Source: a virus
Taxonomy: Duplodnaviria > Caudoviricetes
Direction: 5' to 3' (one strand)
IMG/VR virus record: IMGVR_UViG_3300009146_000015
Span: 1 to 62,362 of that record
Length of the DNA stretch: 62,362 nucleotides
Made by a program: the position numbers and the translations under genes. Below are positions 10,992-20,111 of this stretch, piece by piece; positions within the stretch are counted from its first letter, which is position 1; every line of letters begins with the position of its first letter. The notes below the pieces were generated by a model, which was given only the letters and a program-made list of their open reading frames with translations, had not been told where the DNA came from and made no database searches.

Positions 10992-12743
10992 CTACACCGC
11001 GTTGAGCTCTTTGACGCTGTTGGCCATCTGCACCGACTTCAGCTTGACCTGGGCGGTGAGCTGCAGCTGCCAGAAGTCGGCCTTGAAGCCCGACGCCGGC
11101 CGCATCAGCTGGCCCGACTTGACGATCGGCCGGTCCATCGCCACCACGCCGTTATCGGCAATGACCTTGACCCGCCCCAGTGCTCCCGGCGTCGAGCCGG
11201 GCAGCACATCGAAATACAGGCGCAGCGCCCCGAAATTGCGCACCTGATTGGTCTGAAAGATCTTCGAGTTCCACAGGCTGGTCTCGAGTGAGGTCTCCAG
11301 ATCGACCATGTCGAGCCAGTAGACCTTTTCGTCCTTGATGATGAAGATCTCGCCCGACCACGGGTCGGTCTGGACGTTGATGATCGGCGTCTCGCTCTTG
11401 AGCTGGACGAGGCCGACATTCGGCGCGGCCGGGTCGATCAGGATGCCGATGTAGGACCCGGTCTCGTCGACGGTCTCGAACACCGACGGCTCGAAAGCGC
11501 TCTCGTCGAACACTCCGGTTCGGGCTGAGCCCCAAGCATAGTAAGCGGTACCGAGGCGCGCGGCGCGCAGCGCCGTCAGGTAGGTCAGCTTCTGCCACTT
11601 GTCCTTGGTCGCGGCCTCGCGAGTGATGTTCTGAATGTTGCCCGGGCCGACCAGTTGCAGCCCTGACGGTGAGGCGTAGTACACCCCCTCCGGCGCCGAC
11701 AGGATCGAACCGCGGCTGAGACAGGGCTCGAAGATGGTCAGCTGCGCCATCGAGATGAAGGCGGGGTTGGGCCCGGTCAGCACCGATGGATAGCCGGCAG
11801 TGCAGGCGACCAGCGACTGGCCGACCACCCCCAATCCGACGATCGGATACTCGACGGTCTGACCATATTTCGCCGGCCAGGCGTGCATGCGATAGGGCTC
11901 GCAGAACCAGATGTCGTTCTGCGTCCACCCCGCCACCATGCCATTGGGCATGGTCACCGCACCGACCAGATCGGTGGGCGGCGGCGTATAGAAGGTGCTC
12001 TCGATCTCACCGTTGAACGAGATGGCAGCGTCGTCTGCCGTGTCGACGTAGGTGAGCGAGCCGACCGGCGTGTAGGGCTGCTCGGTGACGAAGAAGAACG
12101 TCGCGACGCCAGCGTCCGAGGTCACCGTGCGGTAGAGCCGGTACTTGGTCAGGTTGCGATCGACGCCCTGATCGGACAGCGGCGGCGCCGTCACCGTGAC
12201 AGTGTAGGTGCCGTCGACCTTGTAGGTGACGACGGTCGGCGGCGACGGCGCGCTCTCCTCGCCATAAGCGCTGACCCAGGTGTAGACGTAGGCGCGGGTC
12301 GGGACGATAGTCGACGCGCCACCGCTCGGCACGACATTCGGCGGCACCGTCGGCGTGTTAATACCGAGCGCGAACGACGGCTGCCCGGCGAGAATGCGCG
12401 CCTTGGTGTTGTAGCGCGGTGATCCGGCGTCCGAGAAAAAGTAGTACCGATCGTGGATGTCGTTGAAAACCTGGCTGCGGATGACATTGGTGTTCGGGCT
12501 CGGCAGCTCGATCCAATGACTCTCGTAAAGATAATCCGCGTTGGCGTAGTCCTTCGGGATGCGATAGACGAAGGCACTACCAGTATTAACTAGCTCATGC
12601 AGGACTTTAGGCTTAGGCAGTGGCCGTAAAGCGCCAGAATAGAGGAAACTATTCTCGGCATATGCCGCAGCAGTTTCCGGCAACAGATTGTCATCTATTG
12701 CCGGAAGCATCCCCCCAAACATGCCGATCTTGATTGTGGCCAC
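10992..12743 (-). CDS. Tail nozzle/tubular protein B-like (beta-rich) protein
   Basis: 583 aa; N-terminal FGGMLPAIDDNLLP; RAYVYTWVSAYGEESAPS; FCEPYRMHAWP; position in a podovirus tail module. Confidence 0.65.
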   Translation of the reverse strand: MATIKIGMFGGMLPAIDDNLLPETAAAYAENSFLYSGALRPLPKPKVLHELVNTGSAFVYRIPKDYANADYLYESHWIELPSPNTNVIRSQVFNDIHDRYYFFSDAGSPRYNTKARILAGQPSFALGINTPTVPPNVVPSGGASTIVPTRAYVYTWVSAYGEESAPSPPTVVTYKVDGTYTVTVTAPPLSDQGVDRNLTKYRLYRTVTSDAGVATFFFVTEQPYTPVGSLTYVDTADDAAISFNGEIESTFYTPPPTDLVGAVTMPNGMVAGWTQNDIWFCEPYRMHAWPAKYGQTVEYPIVGLGVVGQSLVACTAGYPSVLTGPNPAFISMAQLTIFEPCLSRGSILSAPEGVYYASPSGLQLVGPGNIQNITREAATKDKWQKLTYLTALRAARLGTAYYAWGSARTGVFDESAFEPSVFETVDETGSYIGILIDPAAPNVGLVQLKSETPIINVQTDPWSGEIFIIKDEKVYWLDMVDLETSLETSLWNSKIFQTNQVRNFGALRLYFDVLPGSTPGALGRVKVIADNGVVAMDRPIVKSGQLMRPASGFKADFWQLQLTAQVKLKSVQMANSVKELNAV

Positions 12744-12745
12744 TG

Positions 12746-12763
12746 GTTACTTTCGAAAGTAAC
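12746..12763. promoter_or_regulatory. Perfect palindrome GTTACTTTCGAAAGTAAC (archetype of the motif family)
   Basis: Occupies almost the whole gap between two structural genes. Confidence 0.8.
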
Positions 12764-13038
12764 TATTCCTTGGACTGGTTCTCGGCGCGGAGCTTTGCCT
12801 TCTCCTCAACCGCCTGCTTGCCAGCTTCCAGCTCGGCTTTGGTTGACGCCGACAGCTCGGGCTCAGCCGACGGCGCCTGCTCCTTGAGATTGACCCGCGG
12901 ATTGTCGGCGCTCAGCATCGGCTCGACAGTTACCGGCTGCCCCTCATCGGCTTCGCGCTGAAGCTCTTCGAGCTGGGCATCGATATTGGCTTCGTCCTGC
13001 GGTTCCTCGAAATCAGAACTTCCCTTTTTTCTCGCCAT
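12763..13038 (-). CDS. Hypothetical acidic protein (likely start MARKKG)
   Basis: ORF track 12763..13080; AGGAG-like sequence precedes the ATG at 13038. Confidence 0.55.
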   Translation of the reverse strand: MARKKGSSDFEEPQDEANIDAQLEELQREADEGQPVTVEPMLSADNPRVNLKEQAPSAEPELSASTKAELEAGKQAVEEKAKLRAENQSKE

Positions 13039-13161
13039 CTCTTGCTGCCGGTTTGGCTCCCTTGTTGTTGCTGGATCCACCCTGGGTCCAGCCAGTAGGC
13101 TGCTTGCGACGCAAAACCGTCTTGATGCCGGGCAGTTTTCTGGGACGATCGGACTTGATCA

Positions 13162-14010
13162 TCATACACCGGCAAAAATGATCTTCCGCAGGAATTCCGT
13201 GGGCTGCATGTTGGCGTGACCGACACCGTCACCCTTCAATCCGGTATTGCCAGCAGTGTTATAGGCGACGGTTCGCACCGTCGAACCCAGCGGCTGGTTA
13301 TCGCTGCGCGACACCGCCGTCACCGGGATCGAATGGTCGTGCGGCGGCAGTTCTGGGACGGTCAGCACGACTTTCTCCGTGCCGACATCCGATCCCATAC
13401 TGTAACCAGACGCCATCAGCGAGCTCTGGCTGCCGCCCATGTTGGTGATACCGGCGAGCACCCGCGCGCGATAGTCCGGCACGGCAAACTGGGAAAGCCC
13501 AGTCGAGACGCCGAACGGTGCGTGAATGCCGGTAATCGTACCGCTGCCGGCTGCCGTGGTGATGATCGGCGCCCCCTCCCACGTCAGCGAGAAACGGAAC
13601 GCATTGGCGGAGTAACCAGCTGAAATCACGCGGTACTTCTGAATGTCAGCGCTGAGGATGCCGGTCGGCAAGGTACCGCTTGAGATGAAACCGACGTCGT
13701 CGCCGACCTTGAGCCCGTGCCCCGACCATGAGACGACGGCCGGGTTAGCGATGGTAATCGTCACCGTCGCCGACTTGACCAGCGCCGCGAACAGCTCCAG
13801 GTATGCGGCAGCGTTCAATACCTGACCGTAACACTCGAGATAGCCAGCAGGGACGGTGATCCCGCAGAAATCGAGCACGGTGCCAACCGGCAGCAGCCCG
13901 GTGATGCCGGTGATCTGGTGATCGGCGTTCCAGTCCACCGCCTGGATATGGTCGGGGTTTGGACCGGGTGGCTTGGTCGATACACGGGCATGCTTGATTG
14001 TGAGGGCCAT
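13162..14010 (-). CDS. Tail fibre with phage tail-collar domain
   Basis: LPVGTVLDFCG..VPAGYLECYGQ..YLELFAAL..FAVPDYRARVLAG..HANMQPT collar signature. Confidence 0.8.
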   Translation of the reverse strand: MALTIKHARVSTKPPGPNPDHIQAVDWNADHQITGITGLLPVGTVLDFCGITVPAGYLECYGQVLNAAAYLELFAALVKSATVTITIANPAVVSWSGHGLKVGDDVGFISSGTLPTGILSADIQKYRVISAGYSANAFRFSLTWEGAPIITTAAGSGTITGIHAPFGVSTGLSQFAVPDYRARVLAGITNMGGSQSSLMASGYSMGSDVGTEKVVLTVPELPPHDHSIPVTAVSRSDNQPLGSTVRTVAYNTAGNTGLKGDGVGHANMQPTEFLRKIIFAGV

Positions 14011-14012
14011 GG

Positions 14013-14279
14013 CTAACTCTCAGGAGTTGGCGGATCGGGCGGCGGTGGCGGTGGCTCTTTGGGTAACGAATGCCTGCTTTCGTACTTCATTCCCATGTAC
14101 GTAGCGACCGACCCGACCAGTGCGCCGCCGAGCGCGATCAAGACCTCTCCGCCAATCTCTCCGAGCCGCATGCCAAGAATGGCCAGCCCGATTGGAGTGA
14201 TGACGAAAATGCCGAACGCAGCGCAGACCGCGATAACCAGCGCTGACAGCCCTCGATAATCGGGTTCCCACCGGCTCAC
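14013..14279 (-). CDS. Two-TM membrane protein, holin candidate
   Basis: Two hydrophobic segments and a Pro-rich C-tail. Confidence 0.45.
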   Translation of the reverse strand: MSRWEPDYRGLSALVIAVCAAFGIFVITPIGLAILGMRLGEIGGEVLIALGGALVGSVATYMGMKYESRHSLPKEPPPPPPDPPTPES

Positions 14280-14479
14280 GATCCCTCTTTCAATTCCGGG
14301 CCGTTATATGGCTCAACTTGCCCACCGTTGGCCAGGTACTGTGTCCAGTCCCCAACATCGCAATCCATGCCGGGAACAATCCACACCAACCCGTTGATAT
14401 CAATGGCTTCGATCCGCGTGTCGCCACGCTCGGTGTCGTAGTCCCACACAAACTTCGCCGAGACGTATGTCGACATCAC
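14276..14479 (-). CDS. Putative tail-fibre assembly/chaperone protein
   Basis: Directly follows the fibre; DWTQYLANGGQVEPY-type ending. Confidence 0.5.
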   Translation of the reverse strand: MMSTYVSAKFVWDYDTERGDTRIEAIDINGLVWIVPGMDCDVGDWTQYLANGGQVEPYNGPELKEGS

Positions 14480-16773
14480 AACATCCTCGCGTTTGCCGCG
14501 TAATTACCGCCGTAAGCACGATACTGACCCGTTGCCGTAATACTCACCCGCAAATATGCACCCTGCGGACCACTTATTCCTATAAACGGCGCACTGCAAT
14601 TTTCCAGAATTTCCGCAACTATTGTTGCTAAAGTCGGTGTTGTTCGCAAGAGAACACCATAATCTTTCCCTCCCGCGTCTGCGATTGTATTACCAGCAGC
14701 ACCGTAGCGTCTACTAACTGCACTATTAAAAACAAAATTCTGCCAGTAACGCTGGCAGGCGCGCAGCTCTTCCGCCGGGTCCGGGTCTTCCCACGGCGGC
14801 GCAACGCCGCTGCCGTCGTCGAGGTAAAGCCCGACGCGGGAGATACCCAATTGGTTGTTAACCGCTGCCATTCCGTTGGTGATGCCTACCGGCGCTATAA
14901 AGCTACCCGCCGTCCAGGCATTGATCGTTGCCGTCTGATGGGTCGAACCAGCAGCCAGAACAAACGAAATACCAAGAGCAGCCGTTTCATCCGTGAGGAA
15001 CGTGCCGCTGGTCGGCCCCGGTATTAAGACAGTCTTCTCGACATGCAAGCCGACTTCGCCAGCCGAAATCGTGAACGGGGCAACAAAGCTCAGGGTCGCG
15101 CTAGTTCCCCCCTTATCACGCAAGGCCACGGCGAAAGTTCCGGCCTGTGGGGCATGGACGGTGAAGCGCAACACCGCCGGTTTTGCTGACGCCAATCCCC
15201 AATCCCAATCGGCAATCCGGCTGCCCTCGATCTGGGTCTGGATCATGGCATAATTGCCGGCACCCATCGACGCTTGCGCGGTCGTAACCATCTGCCGGAC
15301 GCGGAAACGCGGGAAATTCGCTGCCAGAGAATTGACCTGGTTGCCTGTAACCACGCCGCCAGTAAGATTGAACATCGATAACCACTGGTCGGCCATGTAG
15401 TAGAGATGGGTAGTTCCACTTAAACCGCCGTTTTCCTGACTGATCTGCATCGCCCCATTGATGACACGATTGCGGTAGCGGAGATTTTCCGAGATCGGTG
15501 TTACATTGTACCGCGTATAGGCAACGACCCGCGAAGTGGTGGGGGACTGCGCCACCACCAGAAAATGATCGCCCTGCTCGCAGTTGATCGTCACCGCGCC
15601 GGGGAGAAGAAAGTTCGCTCCGGGGACCAGCGACATGCCGGCAACGTTGACCGTGATCCACGCCGCGCGCCCGCCTTTTGGCGTCGCAAACAGGATGTTT
15701 GTGACCGCCCCCGGAGCACCGGCCTGTATAAAGAAATAGCCGCCCTCGCCCAGCGTGAGCACGCCCGCTGCCGCGACAATATCGGTACCCCGCTCCCACA
15801 GCGCCGCCAGCGCGTCCGGCGTCACTATTGTCTTTGTCTCGACCCCGGCCCAAACCTCGCTGGTTGAAGACCGACCCACGGCTGGCGTACCGTCAAGTCT
15901 GGTAATGCCGATCACGCGGCGGTCATTAAGCCGTTGATAAATCTCAATCGTGTCGCCAGCAGCAATGACGTAATTGGTCGCGCCGGGGACATAAAGCGTC
16001 GCGCTATGGACCAGCGTATTGCCCGTGACTGAGAAGTAGATCAGTGCTCGCCTGCCGTCTTTAGGCGTAGCAAACTGGATATCGTTGATGTTGCCAATTG
16101 CAGTGTTGACGAAAAAGACACCGCCATCACCAAGGATCAGCGGATCGGCCGCCGCCTGATTGCCAACCCGCTCCCACAAGGCCGCCAGTGCATCCGGCGT
16201 CACCGTCTTGTTGGCGTCGGTGCCGGTTAAAACGTCGGTGGTCGAAGCCTTGTCGAAAACGCCCTGCCCGTTCGCCCGGAGGTAATTGACAACGACGACC
16301 ACGTCGCCCGAATGCTGAATGATCTGGAAGAAATCACCCGCGTTGACCGCAATATTTGTCGAAAGCGGGCAAACAAGGTTTGCGCTGTGAACTAACGTCG
16401 CGGTAACGCCGGAATAAATCCAAGCGGCCCGACCGTCCTTCGGAACGGCGAAATCAATGTCGGTGATCGACACGCCCGAACTACCGGTGAGGTAGAAGTA
16501 GCTGCCTTCACCGAGAATGGTGTTGGCCGCCGGGGCGACGTTGACGCCGCGTTCCCACAGCGCCGCAATTGCGTCCGGGGTCGCAAATTGCGTTGTTCCA
16601 GTACCGGTCAAAACCTCAGTGGTGGTCGCTGCAACCGGACGCCCGGCAATCTCCGCCCAGTTGATCGTGCCGGTGATCGCATGGTCGGCGTTCCAGTCGG
16701 ACGGCTGCACCTGGTTGGTGTCGCCACCGTCAGGAACGCCAGAGGTTTTGGCATGCTTGATTGTCTGGGCCAT
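14476..16773 (-). CDS. Long tail fibre with three internal repeats
   Basis: TPDA(I/L)AALWER occurs three times; NRVINGAMQISQ..ADQW..ELRACQRYWQ fibre signature. Confidence 0.8.
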   Translation of the reverse strand: MAQTIKHAKTSGVPDGGDTNQVQPSDWNADHAITGTINWAEIAGRPVAATTTEVLTGTGTTQFATPDAIAALWERGVNVAPAANTILGEGSYFYLTGSSGVSITDIDFAVPKDGRAAWIYSGVTATLVHSANLVCPLSTNIAVNAGDFFQIIQHSGDVVVVVNYLRANGQGVFDKASTTDVLTGTDANKTVTPDALAALWERVGNQAAADPLILGDGGVFFVNTAIGNINDIQFATPKDGRRALIYFSVTGNTLVHSATLYVPGATNYVIAAGDTIEIYQRLNDRRVIGITRLDGTPAVGRSSTSEVWAGVETKTIVTPDALAALWERGTDIVAAAGVLTLGEGGYFFIQAGAPGAVTNILFATPKGGRAAWITVNVAGMSLVPGANFLLPGAVTINCEQGDHFLVVAQSPTTSRVVAYTRYNVTPISENLRYRNRVINGAMQISQENGGLSGTTHLYYMADQWLSMFNLTGGVVTGNQVNSLAANFPRFRVRQMVTTAQASMGAGNYAMIQTQIEGSRIADWDWGLASAKPAVLRFTVHAPQAGTFAVALRDKGGTSATLSFVAPFTISAGEVGLHVEKTVLIPGPTSGTFLTDETAALGISFVLAAGSTHQTATINAWTAGSFIAPVGITNGMAAVNNQLGISRVGLYLDDGSGVAPPWEDPDPAEELRACQRYWQNFVFNSAVSRRYGAAGNTIADAGGKDYGVLLRTTPTLATIVAEILENCSAPFIGISGPQGAYLRVSITATGQYRAYGGNYAANARML

Positions 16774-17085
16774 CTAGCAGTTCCTGACCGACATGAGGAC
16801 GCAGTCTTCCTTGATTTGCCCGCCGTTGGTGTGGACCCTGAGCGTGATCTTATACACCACCCCGGCAGCGCCACCGCTGACGAAGAACACCACCGCCAGC
16901 AGGTCGGTACTCAGTGAATAGCTTTCGACCACCGGCAGCGTCGCATCGTCAACGCCGATATCAACTCCGACCTCGAACACCACGCTTTCCAGCAGCTCAT
17001 TGGTGTCGAGCCAGTCGACATAGCTGATGACGTAGCGCTTGGTCTCGTCGGGATCCTTCACGAATTTAGCTAAAGCGCTCATCAA
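16774..17085 (-). CDS. Small virion adaptor-like protein
   Basis: FVKDPDE..YV.SYVDWL motif common in phage tail modules. Confidence 0.55.
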   Translation of the reverse strand: MMSALAKFVKDPDETKRYVISYVDWLDTNELLESVVFEVGVDIGVDDATLPVVESYSLSTDLLAVVFFVSGGAAGVVYKITLRVHTNGGQIKEDCVLMSVRNC

Positions 17086-18109
17086 TCCTTACCTGCGAAC
17101 TGACCTTATCCGTGAAGAAGGTGTCTGCTTCGTACACTTCCTGCTCGAACGTTCCCTGTATCGTCGGGGTCGACGGCGGCAAGGCAGGGCGCTGACTGGC
17201 TTTGATCGGGAAGCGCTGCCGCGGCCGGGCGTAGGACTGGCGGACCTCGCGCAACCGCTCGGTGACAGCCGGCGCCGGCACCCTGATCGCCTCGTCGTCG
17301 CTATAGTGGAATGCGCCCGAACCGGTGAAGAAGGCGTTGTTGTAGAACGCCTGCTCGTTGAAGGCGGTGATGAACGGATGGAAGGTTATCTCGCCACCGC
17401 GCGGACGCCCGGGCACCACCACCTTCTGCTCCTCCCAGGCGACGAAGATCATCTCGCTGTCGGCGTACCAGAACTCCCAGCGCCCCGCCGTAGCAGTGAG
17501 CACGTCGATATCCTCGACCAGCTCCATCGAGGCTTCAGTGTACGCGAACAAATCGACGCTGAGCTGATCCGGCGCTTCGGTCACCTCCATGTCGACATTG
17601 GCCGTGGTGGCGAGCTCCATGTCGAAGGCGTCAGCCGTCTCGACCAGGTCGAAGCTCGGCAGGTGGGCGACCAGCGCGTCGCCCGTCGCCGTGTCGACGA
17701 AGTCCTCGGTGACCGCCAGCGCCGCATGAGTGATCGAGCTGACGTCGACCACCACTACATCCGGCTGCTCGGAAATCGCAAAATCTGCGAAAGCAACGAT
17801 CTCGAGTGTAGTCGCGAGGATATCCTTGGCTTCGACCGCCGCCAGATAGCTCTCGGTCGCTGCAGCCAGCGCCGCTGCCAGCGTGTCAGTGTCCTCCACC
17901 GACACTAAGGCCAACATGTGCGCGACAAGTGCGCTGCCGGCCAGCGTATCGACCGGCTCGGTCACTGCGAAGCTGGCAGTGGCGATGATGCCAGCGCTGG
18001 CCGCAAACACATCCGCCGTCTCGACAGCAGCCAGCGCGGCGTCGAACGGCAGGTGTTCGAACGCGACGCCATAGAAGCCGGCGGGGTTGAAGGCGTTGGT
18101 GTCGGCCAT
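17066..18109 (-). CDS. Acidic repetitive tail-associated protein
   Basis: Periodic (V/T)E..D..A repeats; tail context. Confidence 0.55.
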   Translation of the reverse strand: MADTNAFNPAGFYGVAFEHLPFDAALAAVETADVFAASAGIIATASFAVTEPVDTLAGSALVAHMLALVSVEDTDTLAAALAAATESYLAAVEAKDILATTLEIVAFADFAISEQPDVVVVDVSSITHAALAVTEDFVDTATGDALVAHLPSFDLVETADAFDMELATTANVDMEVTEAPDQLSVDLFAYTEASMELVEDIDVLTATAGRWEFWYADSEMIFVAWEEQKVVVPGRPRGGEITFHPFITAFNEQAFYNNAFFTGSGAFHYSDDEAIRVPAPAVTERLREVRQSYARPRQRFPIKASQRPALPPSTPTIQGTFEQEVYEADTFFTDKVSSQVRIDERFS

Positions 18110-18127
18110 GTTACTTCTAAAAGTAAC

Positions 18128-18649
18128 CTACTTGTGTTTCTTGCTACTCTTACGTTTGATCGGATCGCCCTTCCGGTACGCTTTGACCGCGCCGCCCTTG
18201 TTGTAACCGGGCGCCTGCTGGGGAGGCGCTGGCGCCATAGGAACCGGCGCCGGACCTTTCGTCCTGCCGGTCGGAGCAGCTGATGCCATTCTCGGCTGTG
18301 TGGGTGGCGGCGCAGGCCCCTTCGTCCTGCCGGTCGGTGACGTCGCTCGCACCGCAGTCGCAGTACGGGTTGGCGGCGCAGGTGATTTGGGCCCGCGCGG
18401 TGTTACCGGGTGAGCAGTAGCCTGCGCCATGCCTGGCCGCGTAGGCGGCGCGGCAGCGGTGCGGGTGGGTGCAGGCTTGGGTCCGCGCGGTGTTACCGGG
18501 TGAGCAGTAGCCTGCGCCATGCCTGGCCGCGTAGGCGGCGCGGCAGCGGTGCGGGTGGGCGCTGGCTTGGGTCCACGCGGTATTGCCGGGCGAGCAGTAG
18601 CCTGCGCCATGCCGGGAGTCTGCGGGGGTGGACGTGGGGGTAGGGCCAT
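18128..18649 (-). CDS. Pro/Ala/Thr-rich basic repeat protein
   Basis: AGGAG RBS; 30-aa repeats; Lys-rich C-terminus. Confidence 0.6.
   Translation of the reverse strand: MALPPRPPPQTPGMAQATARPAIPRGPKPAPTRTAAAPPTRPGMAQATAHPVTPRGPKPAPTRTAAAPPTRPGMAQATAHPVTPRGPKSPAPPTRTATAVRATSPTGRTKGPAPPPTQPRMASAAPTGRTKGPAPVPMAPAPPQQAPGYNKGGAVKAYRKGDPIKRKSSKKHK
18387..18613. repeat. 90-bp tandem repeat, about 2.5 copies
   Basis: GAGCAGTAGCCTGCGCCATGCC recurs at a 90-nt period. Confidence 0.9.
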
Positions 18650-18657
18650 AGTTCCTC

Positions 18658-19041
18658 CTATCCGTGGGTGATTGTCCCACTGTTGATCTGCACGGTCTGA
18701 CCGGACGAGATCGCGACCGAATTGATGATGATATCGCTGGCGGAGACGCCAACAGTCAGGCCGGACACCACCACCGCCCCGGTGCTGTCACGCAGCTCCG
18801 CCTTGGCCGCGGTGCCGGTAGCCGACGCGATCGCCGACTTTGGCATTCCGGCGAGGGTCAGCACCGCGCCGGAAACCGTCCCGGCCGGATCGGCCAGCGT
18901 GATGGTGCAAAGCACGCCGGTTGCCCCGGACAGCGCCGAGGTGCCGATAACCAGTGTCGCAGCGGCAGGGCCAGCATCGAGCGCGGCTTCGACTGCGTTC
19001 ATCCGCGTGGTCTTCAGCGCGGCAGCATAAACAACGGCCAT
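18658..19041 (-). CDS. Structural (tail/decoration) protein
   Basis: Small beta-rich Ala/Thr/Gly protein (ATGTAAKAELRDSTG) in the virion module. Confidence 0.6.
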   Translation of the reverse strand: MAVVYAAALKTTRMNAVEAALDAGPAAATLVIGTSALSGATGVLCTITLADPAGTVSGAVLTLAGMPKSAIASATGTAAKAELRDSTGAVVVSGLTVGVSASDIIINSVAISSGQTVQINSGTITHG

Positions 19042-19043
19042 GG

Positions 19044-19664
19044 CTATCTCCTAAGCATGGGCATGAACTGCTGGGGGAAGCGCCAGCGCTGCGCCCCGCG
19101 CGTATGGGCGTGCAGGTAATCGACCTTGGCCTGCCCGATCGAGTTGCGGAATTTCTGCCCGTAGAGCACGCCGATCTCACCGTTCGACCACGGTTTGTTC
19201 GGCATCAGGGCCATCTTGTAGACCAGCCCACTGGTGATTGTCTGGTGGTAGCGCTCGAGGATCCAGGTCGGGCACTGCGGGAAGCCGGCGCGGGTCACCG
19301 GGTCGAGCACGGTCAGCGACACCCGGACTTGCGCCGGTTGGATTTCCGACGGCGCCCGGTACAGCTGCAGCCAGCCAGGCTGCGGCATCACCGCCGGAAT
19401 TTCATGGACGCGGTAGTCGCTGTCCGCCGGCCAGCAATAGATCAGGTGGACGATCCGCCCGGTTATCGGCACCACGTCGTAGTCGACGACGTCAGGCTGG
19501 GCCTCGAACGGAATGTCCTCGTACCAGATGTCGGTCTCGCTGAGCAGCTCGTCGAGGACGTTGTAGAGTTCGTACTGGATACCGTCTTCGATCGACCCGG
19601 GCAGGTGGATTTTGGCATTGTTGACGATGCGGGTGAGGATGGCCTTGGGGGTGCTCTCGACCAT
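19044..19664 (-). CDS. Head-tail adaptor/tail tubular protein A-like
   Basis: 206 aa; MALMPNKPWSN motif; position after the capsid gene. Confidence 0.55.
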   Translation of the reverse strand: MVESTPKAILTRIVNNAKIHLPGSIEDGIQYELYNVLDELLSETDIWYEDIPFEAQPDVVDYDVVPITGRIVHLIYCWPADSDYRVHEIPAVMPQPGWLQLYRAPSEIQPAQVRVSLTVLDPVTRAGFPQCPTWILERYHQTITSGLVYKMALMPNKPWSNGEIGVLYGQKFRNSIGQAKVDYLHAHTRGAQRWRFPQQFMPMLRR

Positions 19665-19665
19665 T

Positions 19666-20007
19666 CTACACCGCCGTTGTCATCTGCGCGGCGAAGGATG
19701 TGAGGAAGGCGCTGGCGCGAGCATCAGTCGTCTCCTCCTCGTCCCGCAACTGGGCATGACCTACCATGAAAAACAGCACAGCGCGACGGTAGCCCGGGTC
19801 AATGTCGACCTCGGTGGCAGCCAGCACCGGATATTCCGGGGTAGTAGCGTACTTGAGGAACAGGTCGCGGCGCAGCTTGTGCGCCTGCTCCAGTCCCATG
19901 TTGAGGCCGGAGATCAGCTCCGTGTCGGCGTAACGGTACGGAACCAGTAGATCCTGCAGGAGGATCCTTGCCTCACGGACATAGTCCTCGACGGTGACCA
20001 GCGCCAC
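19666..20007 (-). CDS. Head-tail connector-like protein
   Basis: VREARILLQD...RYADTELISGLN motif; GGAGG RBS. Confidence 0.55.
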   Translation of the reverse strand: MALVTVEDYVREARILLQDLLVPYRYADTELISGLNMGLEQAHKLRRDLFLKYATTPEYPVLAATEVDIDPGYRRAVLFFMVGHAQLRDEEETTDARASAFLTSFAAQMTTAV

Positions 20008-20036
20008 GACGCACCTCCCTTACTTTCACAAGTAAC

Positions 20037-20068
20037 GGCGTCCCTGCGACCAGCTCACAGGGACGCCT
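20037..20068 (-). terminator. Hairpin after the capsid gene (terminator/attenuator candidate)
   Basis: GGCGTCCCTG...CAGGGACGCC inverted repeat, followed on the minus strand by a palindrome site. Confidence 0.5.
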
Positions 20069-20111
20069 ACTCGACAGCAATCAAAACGCTATAGGCAGGG
20101 AGTAGGGCCTA

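Noticed and set aside
14476-14760. Diversity-generating retroelement target at the fibre tip
   Set aside because: No reverse transcriptase and no template repeat were seen in the genome.
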